In this document: piece after piece, positions 39,411-52,600 of the stretch
Position numbering within the stretch: position 1 is the first letter of the stretch
Layout: each line of letters begins with the position of its first letter
NCBI GenBank assembly: GCA_964057225.1
Contig: OZ059894.1
Location: 6,262,001 to 6,326,000, forward strand
Direction of reading: 5' to 3'
Length of the DNA: 64,000 bases
DNA from: Auanema rhodensis
Lineage: Eukaryota > Animalia > Nematoda
Notes under the pieces: generated by a model
The model's database searches: none
What the model was told of the DNA's origin: nothing
The model's input: the letters and a program-made list of their open reading frames with translations, nothing else
Position numbers and translations under genes: made by a program

Positions 39411-42400
39411 CAATATAATCAACTAATATCGGTCATGCTTGCTGATTTTCATGTTTTTTTTCTATAACAAAATGTAGGCATCAACTATTCAGTGAACAGA
39501 TATTTTTTTTTTGAATTAATTATTTGAATTAGCTTCATGTCAGTCATCTCTAAAAGCATGTTATCTTGCTTTATCAACAAAAAAAAAGAAAATAAAACAT
39601 AACAGATTCATATGTACATATATACATATCTGAGTTATTTTTTTACTCTTCACAATTCATTGCATACTACTACCTTTCATGATATTTGTTTAGTTTTCTA
39701 CTAATTTACATAAATTTTAATAAACCGCTATATATACTCATGAATATATAGTTTTTACTTTACTTTATTCACGCATCTTTAGCTTTATTCAAGATTTCAC
39801 AACGTATTTTGATCCCTATTACCCTCCGCTAACTTTATCCGTTGGTACATTCAATTTCTTTCATAAATCTTTTTTATTTTTCTGTTTTTCGTTACTGAGA
39901 ATGTGCAATAAACTTAGTTATTTCTAATTTTTCCGTCAGTTTGGTCAAGATTCTGATATGCAGGCAGAAATCGTGCACTTTGTTTCTTCCTAACCAATAT
40001 GACCTATGAGAACTATATATGTATGTGAAAACCTTCTATGATTTCTTGAAAAATATAAACAAAACTTACAAGAAATCTGTTTCAGAATATCAATGAAGGT
40101 TTAGTCCAACTTAATCTTTTCCAAAAATCTTAATTTCACTATTGAAATTAGCTTGATAAATTTCTTTCATTTCGTTTTTTATTTTAATTTTAAACGAAAG
40201 ATATCAGAGATTATTTTGTTTTGAATTTCTTTTTATTCATTAAAATATTTTTAATTTTTCTCAATTTATTATACAATCATCATTCAAGCGGAAATAATTT
40301 ATTCTGACAAAGGGCACTTATCTTTTTCATAGATTTTTCTCTTATTTTTTGAAAACATTTTGAAATAATTCAATTATTGCCATATATATGTATATATATA
40401 CATATATAGTTATTGAAGTTATGACATATTGATGAATATATAACTATATGCAAATAGCTTTAGTAAAACCATGTTGTCTGCTTAATAGAATGTTGCATAT
40501 GAATGTATTCTTTCCATTTCATTCATTTGAATCTCAGCCATTCAGTTATGAAAATTCAAAATATTTCTTCGAAGTATCTTTGAATTCAAATGTTTGAGCA
40601 TATTCATCTATTTTCAACACTTAAGTATTACTTCTTGCTTTTCCATCAAAACTTAAAAGAAATTTTCATTTATGGAATAGTAATAGCTAGTTGAATATTT
40701 TATGCATATAGTCATATAGCTTCTTGAGATCCCTGCCCCCTCCCCCCACTCAAGCTTAGTTTAAAATGCTCATTTCTCAGATAATGCTTATATGGTCATA
40801 CTTAATACTCAAATTACCTATAGCACCTACACTAATAAAGTGCGTATAGTTAGAAAAACTGAAAAAAAAAACTTTTCTTACATCCCAATTTTTAGCTAAT
40901 TTGAATATTACTTATAACGGCACGTTTACGTTACTTTCCACGTGATTGCTTCATTTTGCATTTCAACATTGACCAGATCGGTTGTGCACGGATTTCGTTT
41001 TTCAATGACTACGTTTAACTCACTCTTTACGAACCATTTCGCTTTCTCTCTTACTGCATTAACTTTATTCTTTGGTTGTTAAACAAATTTAGCTTTCTCA
41101 AGACCTATTTCTTCAGTCTTTATTTGTTCGTCTCAGATGACACCTCTTCCGTTAACGGCTTGAAGCCCTTTTCCTTAAAAATTCACATGATCGATTACAT
41201 TCCAAGCTTTTTTTGTTTTTTTTTTCATCTAAGCTGTTATCAATTTACTTTCTCTCTGGAATTTTTAATAGAATTCTGATTGTATTAGCGGATCAGAAAA
41301 CATGCTTGTATACAAATCTTGTTGTTTCACTTCCACATAATGCTATTCCTTTTGCAAATATCTTGCTCTGAAACATTCTTTTTCATTCCTTCTAGTTTGT
41401 GGTTTCGGAGCCTTGCGGTAGGACGTTGTCGTTCTGATTCAGTTATGCATAAATCTCTTCGTTTATCTCTCCTCTTTACTCAATCGTCTCTCGCATAAAG
41501 CCGTGTTAAACGGAATTCATCTACTGTTTCTTAACTTCTGTTCAACATTTCGTAGAAAGGTACTAATACGAAAAATCAGTTTATGCAAATTGGATATTTC
41601 ATAGATCTTACTTCTATCTTATATTCGTATAGTTTGAAAACAGTTTAGATAATTTATATTTTGAAATTCTCGTCGTCAATTTGTCAAAAGATGCCCTGAA
41701 AAGTTCTCATTTCCCACTACAATAACATTGCTGTGACCCTCCTTCATAGAACATGCCAACAAAGATTTATGACTTATTTCAAAACTTGAACATGAAAATT
41801 AATCGTAATCTTGTTTAAGATTATATTTCTTTATTTTACTATAGTACTGAAAATTGTCCAATAAAATCCATCTTTTCAATTTCTTTTGTCTTTTGGCTGC
41901 TGAAATTACTCCTTCGACCTCTCATCTTTTATATAAATATCCTATACGTATTATGTAGTGACTGCTATAGATAATCATGTGGATAGAGAAGGAAGTCACA
42001 TTTAAATTCATATTCAGTATGCCTCCATACTTTCCAACTCTCTCAAGCTATGTCAAGATTTTGTCATTTTCGTTTTATGTTTATTCTTTTATTGCTTTCA
42101 TACTTTCATAACAACGATATTTTGGATGAATGACATGCTTTCAAAGAAAGATCAAAAGATGTTAAATTGATTTTGATTAACCTTATTAGCTTTTTATTAA
42201 TTTTTTGAAAACATTTTCTACTTCAGATTTTACTTTTTCTTAAGGGAATAGAGGCAGAAGATATCTGATTGCTACTACAAACCAGCAAATTACATGTGAC
42301 GTCCGAATCCGTTAGAATGCTTTATCTCTCTCTCTCTCCCTCTTTCTTTCATTTTCTCTCAATCTCCCTCGTATCTTGCATTTCTACGCACTTGGTTGCG

Positions 42401-45400
42401 TTCTCTTGTTCGCTCATACCCTGTTACTGCTTTCAATTCTTTTTCTCTCTCTCCTTATTTCCCTCTTTATCTTTCCGTTGTAGCCATGCTTCTCTCTTCA
42501 TGCCCTCATCTAAGACTACATCGATACGAAAATGTAACTTTGTCCATCCTCTAATAGCAGGAGAAAAGAGTAAGAGAGAAAAAGAGAGAGAGATACGCAT
42601 ATAGAACATCTTTCATGATAGATTGATTTACACATTTTAATTTTTTTGTTATCCGCTTTATTCTCTTCAATTTTTTATGTTTTCCATTGCATTATTTTGA
42701 ACAAAAACTTTTATTCGCTCTCAACAACTCAAAAATGAAGGCAATAAGTTGTATTTCAGTTTTGTATAGTTGCCTAACTTCGGCATTGTTTTATAGCTTT
42801 TTTCAAACTTTAACTTCAGAATTCAAGCATTTCCTTCGTTTTATTCCGTTCAGAAACAGTTGCATAGAAAAAAAAGATAATTGCTACATGGCTTTATTTT
42901 TCTTCTAAAGAGAAACTTTGTGAATTTGGAGGCATTAAGTGAAATATTTAGAGAAAATGAAGGAGAGTGAGAAAGAGAGAGAGAGAGAGAGGAGAGAGAA
43001 AAAACAGAAGAAGAAAGAGAGTAAAGAAAATAATACATCTGAAGAGATAAATAGTCAAAAACCGAGAATTTTCTTGTTTCATTCAGATATCGAAACATTC
43101 CTACATGTGTCCTACTATTCCCATGTTCTCCCATCATTTACACTAATATATCTCTTTCTCTGTCTCTCGCTTTGTCTATCTCACTCTTCGAACTATTTCC
43201 CTCTTGTGAATTCAAATAAAGAATCTGAATGAGCCTATGATAGTGTTGTGACCTCCGAGCCAAGTTAGTGCTGTTCCCTTGGCATGATGCTGTCCATCAT
43301 CATGCCCCCGATAACAGCTTGTAACTTCCGCACTTCATCGTCTCATCTGAACAGAACCTCATGTGTCAATCGTCATGAGAATTCGTTTTTCGCAAAACTG
43401 ACTTGAAAAACCTAAATGAAGCTGGAGAAAATTTATCTTAATGTTCTTGAATTGTCCTCGGCATTTTTGATAAAATCTTCGCAAATCATAGAATATTGAA
43501 GATCAAGCATAGCTGACTCAGCTGACCAACATAATGAAACTCTCAAACTTTAAAAAAGAAAAAGAAAACCAATAAGCTACAAAACTGGACTAAAAAGAAT
43601 AAAAAAGAAAAGAAGTTAAGAAAATAAAAAAATAGGAGGAAAGAGAAATAGAGAGACTATGCAAAATAACGAAAGATGAAATGAAAGTTCTGACTGAAGT
43701 TCATGAAGTCAGACGACGTCATGTCAAGTCACCAAGTAGTCGTCTTTTTTGCTTATTTGAACATGAATCTGGAAAGGATAGCTCTGCTTGAAGTTGGGCT
43801 ATGAGAGACACTCGGAAGCAGAATGAGAAAGTGGTGAAAGACTATTGAAAATAAGGAGCTTGTGAGAAAATGAGCAAACGAGAGATCATGGTTAGCTGCG
43901 AATGTGGGTCAGAAGCTTTGATATGAGCAACAAGCTTCAACAAATGATGTTCGTTCGAATCGTGTCCCAATGGGAGAATGGTGGGGCAATCCAATGAGAG
44001 AGCTTACAAGAAAGGAGGTTATAGATATATGGAAGCTGATTGTATGAGAATGAGCAACATACTGAGAGTGGGGGACGAATGGGTGAGAAAGAGAGAAAAA
44101 GAGAGATAAAACAGATAAAAGAACATCGGTGTAAGAAGCTTGAACTGAATCATGCTATTTGATTGGACTTCGGAATTGATGTTCTTCGGAAGTAGTGTTG
44201 GAACGCAACATAAAAAGCCATCATGCTGAATTGTAATTTGTATCTCAGTGTATTAAGCTAATGAAACCGTGCTTCTTTAATTTCTGGATTTTAACTGTGT
44301 TTTCATGCATTTTCTTCTTCAATATCACCTTTTCCATATTGAAATTCTTCTCTTGCTTCCAAGTAACACCAGGACCAGGACTAGCGCCACTACCTCTTCA
44401 AGTAAGCTGCAAAGCAACTTGAATCAACTTGTGTCTCGTTGTGTCTGTTCGTATTTCAATCACAACTTCGTCCTTTTTTTCTTTCCTCCAATGAATCTAT
44501 CCTTACGTTCTCGTAAGCATATGCTCTTTCGTCCAATTTCCTCCATCTTATGCTTTATGCTTCATAGTCACCGTCGTCATTTTCATCTTTCTTTAGCCGT
44601 ATATGCTATTTCAAACAGAAAAATACAAATTTTAAAGTCATTTTTCACTTGTCACATCTTCTGTAACATCGTTTTTCCAAACTTTAAACATTCAGGATAT
44701 ACCAATGTTATTTTAGTGACACAAATATATTATTTTTGCTTTTTTTTCCGCTCGAATTTCAGTTACAAGCTGATATTTTCAGACGAAAAAAAGGTTTTTT
44801 TGTTGTTTTTGTTGAAGATGAATGCCATTCAACTTTTGTCAACTATCTCACTGCAAACTTGTGTTAGAACATCCTGTAGCCTTAGTTGTATATGTATATT
44901 TCATTTAAGAGGGTGCTATTTTCATACTTTTTCCCTCTTTTTCTCTCTAATGTTTTCTTCAAAAAAAATCGTATTTTTCAAACTGACATATTCACATAAT
45001 TCAGTTATATATATGTGAGGTCATCAAAGGTGCTTCCACATTTTTTTCTATTCTTCAGAATTTTCCAAAAGAATCTGGATCTTAATTAGCATATGTGCCT
45101 GTTTTCTTAATGTTTTCCCATGACTAACGCGAAACAAAGCTTCAGATTCCCTCAAAGCGACTTCACATTTTCCATATAAATGCTATACTATAAAGTAAGT
45201 CTGGCGAAAAGTTGTCGATTATTATTTTTCTTTTTGAAATTTCATAAGAAAATCAAAATTTTTTCTTTTATTTTAAGGTGGTTAACTGAATTTTTTTTCA
45301 AAATTACTTAAATTATCTTCAATTAAATTCAACTTGCTGAATACGTTCAAATAGATCGAAATGGCCTCTAGTTTCAGAAGGGTCAAAAGAGCAGACGCTT

Positions 45401-46600
45401 GTTCACCTCAAACTTGGTTTGGGATTTCCTTTCTTTCATAGTTCGCGACTTAAGTCAGGTTTTTTGAGTGAAGCTAAGGCTTGCAAGATATTTCCACAAG
45501 AGTTTTGCTAAGCATTGTTCTTTTCTTAGCTTTCATAATAACGTAAACCCTTAGCAGCTTTCTCACCTTTTTTCTCATTCCAACGACCTCCTTGAAATTT
45601 TGACCAGTTCTTCTTCTTGCCATCTTTACTCTCAGTTTTCTTTTTATTATTTTATCACTTTGTTTCACAAAAAGCTTAGAGTTCGTCTTCTGCATGACTT
45701 GCTTGTGCTATTCTCAATCGTCCATCTCTCTCTAGAATAATTTCTAAATATACTCTAGACTTTTTGGAAAAATGTGATCATCGTCATTCTATTCATGTCA
45801 TACTCACCACCTATTCAACTTTCAAAAATCGTTGAATCATGTGTCGTCACACTCATCAATCATGAATGCTGAATATCCTCAAGTCAACAAGTTTTATTGA
45901 GCCCAAATATAATCTTTAATTTTTTGGGAAAAGCCTATTGATCATTCATTTAGTGTCATCATCATCACATACATTCATACATATTCTATTAATCATCACA
46001 GTTTTTATATAATTATCATTCCAATAGTTATGACTATAATAATTCGTGTATAAACCACTATTGAAACAATGAGAATCATGATGAATTTATATTTCTGGAA
46101 TATTAATGACGCCTCACGCGATCTTCTGAAGAACACTCTCTCGATCTTCTCATGAATTACGATTATTACTTCGTTCAGCTGACTTCAAAATCATCAAATA
46201 TCTTCTGTCATCTACACAAAATGTTCCTTCATTTGTATGTGTGTCTTGACTTCATTGACAATTTTTTCTTTTTTTTTTTGAAAAAAAGAGAAAATCAAGC
46301 TAATTAGTGTTTGTTCACTTTTCTCAGTTTTCAAACAATTTTATATTTTTTCTTTTTTTTTTGAAGCTCAAACGCTCATTTTAAAAATTATTCTTCTAGA
46401 AATTCCGCTTGTCTTCTATGAATGATCATTTTTTTCGTTTTCATCTCGTTTTTCAAACATTTTTTCGTTAAATTCTCTGCTCTTAACATGTTTCCTTTTT
46501 GTCGTCTCACAACCATCCATCTTTCTATTGACCCCTACTTAAGACTTTTTCGACATCTTTCTTAACTTTTTTGTTTGTTTCAGAAAACAGAAGATGTGAG

Positions 46601-49600
46601 ATGAGTTGGCTCTATTTAATTATATTTCTGGAACTTTTATTACCAGGTTTCAAGTTTTTTTATTTATTTTTTAATTATTTTGTATTTTAGAATTCGGTTC
46701 AGGTACATCGTCCTGGCTTCGAGTTGAAACAGGTCATCAGAATATTGAAATAGACGGAAGTAAGCAATTCTAAATGTTAATTTTTATTTTTTTCTGTTTT
46801 TTTCATTAATAAATAGTATGTAATTATATTTTTCAGGAGATTCGTACCTAGGTTACTTTACAAGAGTTCATTTTCATGATGTAACTTGTGTACAAGGTTT
46901 AGTCATTCATTGTCTAAAACCGTTGACAGGAGCTGAAGAAATGTAAGTTTCAACAGATTTTCATAATATTGCAAAATATTCTTTGAATTTTCTTCCAAGT
47001 TATATAATACTCTTAATGTACATATACTAATGAAAAATATATGGATTATGTATTCTGTCTTAGAGTTCATCTGAAAAGAATTTTAAACTTGTTGCTGTGA
47101 AGACCAAAATATTCCAAAAAAAAAAAAAAAAACTGATTTCAATATATTTCTCAAAATAATAGTTAAGCTTTTATGTATAATGATTAACAATTTTCAGTGA
47201 AATTTTGTTATCGCAATGTACACAAGGCAACTGGCGTGTCGTGCACTACACGAATTCAAAGGAAGAATTTCGATTGAAATTGGTAAGCTAAAAACAAAAC
47301 TTGAATATAACTTAGTTCATACACTAACATTTTTTTTATATTTTTGTTGTTTTAGTAGAATGTATAAAAAATTTAAAATTTATAATATATTTAAAGAAAA
47401 ACTGAAGTTATTTTCATCTGAATCATAGAATTCATTAGTTAAGTTTTGCAAAAAAATACTTTTTAGCCTTTCAATGCTCGTCAAATGATGATTGTGAGTC
47501 GACAACCATTGAATGTCATTGATGTTCAAGTACAATCATGTCATTTGGATAATTCAACGTAAGTTTACCATAAGAGCTTATTTTTAAAAAATAGTTTAGA
47601 AAAGATCAGAATGTATGAAAAAGAGAGAAAGATATTATATATGTACATGTATCTAATTTGAACTTTATATATAATTTTCCAAATAAAACCAAAATATTAT
47701 AAATATATTTTATAGTTTTATTCATGAGAGATATTGTAAACACTCTATTTTGTGTTTAGTGAGTAAACTTGGTTGATGATACACCAGGGGCCGTTCAGTT
47801 ATACATATTTCAGTTAATTTATGTTCGGAATATTTTGAAAATTATAATAACTATTAGACTTGAGAATGTACAGTTTATTATCTTTTGTTCAAATTTCTTG
47901 AAATTCTATCTTTCTATATCTTTTCGTATCTGGCTAAGAATATAGCATGATGAGAGGAAGTAGAAGAAGACGTAATGATATTATGTTGGCCACTTGATGA
48001 GATTTCATACTGAACACAGATTTTTCAACAATCCAAATGATAGAAATTGAATAGCCTGCAAGGGAAACTGTTACTGCCGTTTCTTCGTCCTAAAAAAAAA
48101 TTTTTTTTTTACTTTTTATATAAAAACTTTTCGTTTGATAGCTCATTAGCATCCATCGCCAGAACATTCTAAGTGTTCTTGAACGCAGAGAGAGGAAAAA
48201 AACTTATTTTGCTTCTACTATTACAAATAAAATTTCCGGAATTTCAATTGTTCTCAAATTTTCGGGAGAAAGGAAAAAAAAGAATCGGTTGCAACTTTTC
48301 TTATCTTAAGACTGGCAACTCTAAATACGGGCTGTACTCGGGATCATCCATCAAGACATGGTCGTAGTGGCCCGATACGGGCATCAGAATATGGACGACG
48401 ACGAAGGTTTAAGAGGTCGGTGAAATAAATTAAGAAAATCGTAGTTTTTCAAATCGTTTCAGAGATTTGCCCACAATGCTTTCTCCTGCTAAGGAAGACT
48501 CTCGAAATGAAGAAGTCATTCCGACTAGGTCAGATATAGAAATTTTTCAAGATAAGGTAGTTGAAGCTGGAAAAGTTCTAAGAATTGAGGAAGGATCACG
48601 CTTATTATTCGGTGATGGTGCTGGTCTCATAGTTTATGGTATAGTTCAGTTTTTATGAGAACAATTTATAAAACTTGCTTACAGGAACACTCATTGTTAA
48701 TGGATCTAAATACTCTCCTGTAAAGTTTGAAGCATCAGGAACAAAATGGAAAGGCATTTTGATGAAATCAAGTAAGTTTTAAGGTTTTAAGATTTAATAA
48801 TATTGAATGTTTTAGCTTCTGCCCTATCAACATTAAGATATGTGAACATAAGTAGAAGTGAAAATGGCTTAACAGTTGATAAAGGATCACAAATTTCAAT
48901 CGAGAATGTAGTCGTAGATGGAAATGATATTGGAGTCAAAGTTCAAACGGTTCATCCTGCAAAACTTCAGAAAATTATCCTCTAAGTGCATTCTAGGATT
49001 CATCATCAATACGTATTGCCAAAACCTATGCCATCAACAATGCCGGTCCCGGTTTTATATTTTCCGGAAAGGTATCTCAAACATGATCTGTTAATGCTTT
49101 CTTTGAAGATGACACGAACAATTTTCTTCATAAGAATTATTTATTATATATCTCTCTTATATTATTTGATTGTTAATTTTCTTATAATGAAATCAAAAAA
49201 GGAAACTAAAAAAAAAGAAATTAAAATTTACAATCATAATAACAGAAAAAATCTCAACTAAAGTTATGATGCTAGTTGTTCTTGATCTCCTCGACATGAA
49301 GTACCGGTATTTAACATATAAATTATTAATTTTTCATATAAATCTTTGAAATAAATTGAGCGATGTTTAGCACAAAACGATTTGTCATCAGAATCTCAAC
49401 AAGCTTTATCATCTTAACCATCATCAATTCTTTTTCTTTCTATCTTATCATTATGATAAAGCTTTTTTCAAGCATTTTCTTTATATACAAGTTAAATCAC
49501 CATGTCAATCACCTCGTATCGTCTAATTGTGTTCATCACCAGTTGTCAGCACTACCAAATGAAAGCTATTTTCAAGAATAATATTCATAATTTGTCTTCT

Positions 49601-52600
49601 GTTTTCACATTATTCTTATAGATTTTTTTGAAACAAAATTCAAAAAGAAATGTATATATATATATTTGTTTTTTATATTATTTTATATAAACTGACAATA
49701 GCTAGATACATACGTCGAATAAATTTTTATATAGTGGTTATGGCTGAAACACGTTCACATTGCACAAGATTTAGATTGAAAATAGCATGATGCCTCTGAC
49801 ATTTTCAATAAATTTCCACACTTTGATTTTTATATTCAAAGATTATGTAACAAATAATGGAAATTGGATAAATATACAAAACAAAGAATGTTTTTCCGAT
49901 TATTTCTTACGAAGCTATTGACCAAATAAGAAATCGATTCAAGTTATTTCGTATTGTTGTTGTTGTTGTTGAATGGTTGATGATGTGGTTGAAGGAAAGC
50001 TATGTAATTGAATATAAGTGAAGAACTCAAGGAAATTTTGGAAAATCTCAGTTACAGTAATCGATATATGAAAGTTTGCATGTTTAGTGATTGTATTAGA
50101 GATGACATACTTATGTATATACATCAATGATTAAAGGCTTTCAAGAGCAATAAATCAGCACTATTTTCATACAAAAAAAATTATTTTTTGAAATATATTT
50201 ATACGAAATTTCCTAAGTTATTGAAAATATTTTGTTATTCTAGGGTACAGTTGAATTGGATACATGCATCTCAGCTTCTAACAAAGAACAAGGAATATAT
50301 GTTGAAGGTTTGCTGAACTTCCCCTTTCAACTTCAATATTTATATATGGAATACTTAAAAAGCAAAGAAAATGCACTTTAGACGGTTTATCACTCACACT
50401 AACTACTTGCAATCTATTCTCAAACAGCAAGAATGCCATTTCTGCACAGAATCTTCAAAGTTTGGAGATTCGCAAAAGTGTTATTGATGGAAACGGAGCG
50501 GGAATCGAAGTTCAAAACACCGAAGGATCTGAATTTTTATTAACGGTAATTATAAACTAAAAGTCAAATTATTTGAAGTAAAGGTAATAATAAAAATTAA
50601 AAATTATAATTTAAGTTATCAACTGTCAATATAAGTAATCATCATTACGGTCCAGCTATACATGTCAAAAGTTTAAAAACCATTATGGAAATAGAAAATT
50701 CAGCACTTTTCGATAATTATTTTGGTGTAATGAATTTAGAAGATAATTATATTCAGGTAATTACAATTTTTTCTTTTTTTTCTTCCTCATTTCGTCGGTC
50801 TTTTAATTATAGTTGGAGATAGCTAACACAAATATTACACGAAATAGAGGAAAAATCATTTATATTCCACTGTTAATGGCTGGACGAATTATAATAGGAA
50901 AAAATATTTTCACTTCAAATCAGTTTAATGAATATGCTGATCGTGAAGCTGTTATTGAAATTACAACAGGAGTTCATCGAGCTGAAGGTATATCATACAT
51001 GATACATTCTTTTCTTGGATTGAAATTTTTAAATTTCCATTATAGATGCCAGCATTAATATTTTTCAAAATGAATTTACAAAGAATATTATGAATGATGT
51101 AATCAGTGTTAGGAAGATTACAGGTTTTTAAATTTTCCCCTCCAAATAATGCAACCTTTAGTAATGTATCTCCGACTAAAAATGAAAAATACGCATAGCT
51201 TCACGTGAAACTTTACGTGTAACTTTACGTGTAAAATTATTTGAATATTGCAATTTAAATATAAGAATGATTCAATAATTATATAAAATTATATACAAGT
51301 ATGTAATGAATTATAGGATCACCAGTCAATACTATTATCAGTGATTGTGATTTTCATGGAAATTTAGCTCAGTCAATCATTCGAGCTTCAGGAATGTCAG
51401 CTACTATTCAATATAATTTTCTCCACAATGTTCAAGTTATTCATATTAAGAATATAAATACCAATAAATATTCTTTTAGACATCTTGTGATATAGCAGTA
51501 CCTGTACCATCACATGCTGAGGAATCAAAAAACTATTGGGGATATGATAACCATAAAGAGGTTTTTACATGTAAAAACTCTTTTTATTTTTTAAATCAAT
51601 ATATTACAGATTCTGGAGCATATATGTTCAAATAATGAATCATATGAACATTTATATTACAATCAAGATATTAATTTGAATCCTGATAGTTCTACAGCTT
51701 TTCCTTTACCTCCGGCCATGAATATAACAACAATACCATGGCCAATTTTAGGAAATACATATAATCTTATTAGAAATGAAGCAAACCCTTATTTGTATGT
51801 TTGATAGAAATATAATTTTTTAAATGTTTTTGTATGTTTTATTTCAGAATCAAAGAAGATATTATTATTAAACCGGATGAGACCGTTATCATTGAACCGG
51901 GAACAAAGTTATTATTTGCTCCAGGATCTGGAATAATAATTGAAGAAAAAGGTTCGAACCAAAAGCTATTCATAAATTTCTTGAATTTTTATTTATTTAG
52001 GAAAACTTTTCCTCAACGGGACTGTGGGAAATGAGATTATAGCCGGTGTCAGTGGCACAGGTACTTGGAAAGGAATCTCTGTAAAACCTGGTGAGACATG
52101 ATGATGATACGTTTACAAAAAAATATTTAATTTTCTTATAGGTGGTATGATATCATTAACTGATACAACAATCAGTGACGCTGCTATTGGACTGTGGATA
52201 GATTCTGATCGTGCTACACTCACTCGAGCACATATACAACGGCCTACCGTAATCTTATTGGCATACTGTACTTCATAATTTTTTGAGATTTTAGGTTCAT
52301 GGTATTGAACTAACAGGGAATTCTGCAAGTGAACATAACTTTGGAGGGTCAACTATAGAAGAAGCTTTAAACTCCGCTATTGTTGTAGATGAACGTCGTA
52401 CTGATTTGTTAATAAGGTAAATTTGAATGATTTAAAAGTATATTTTGAAGTTGATTATAGTAATGTATCGATAACGGATCCATCAATGAGTGGCATTGAC
52501 TTTGTTTCTCCATCAGCTAATTTACAACTTAAACATATAAATGTGAGATATCTTATTGTTGTCTTAGAAGCCAATTGTTTATTTTAGATTACTGGTGGTA

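Noticed and set aside
44305-45018. 237-codon ORF
   Set aside because: T/C-rich strand with Phe/Leu/Ser/Cys-biased translation and no domain; a 700-nt intron-free exon is atypical here. Probably a compositional artefact, though transcription cannot be excluded.
47934-48008. Minus-strand ATG after TTCAG encoding a hydrophobic 24-mer (MKSHQVANIISLRLLLLPLIMLYS*) inside an intron
   Set aside because: Stops immediately with no donor site; insufficient support for a nested gene.
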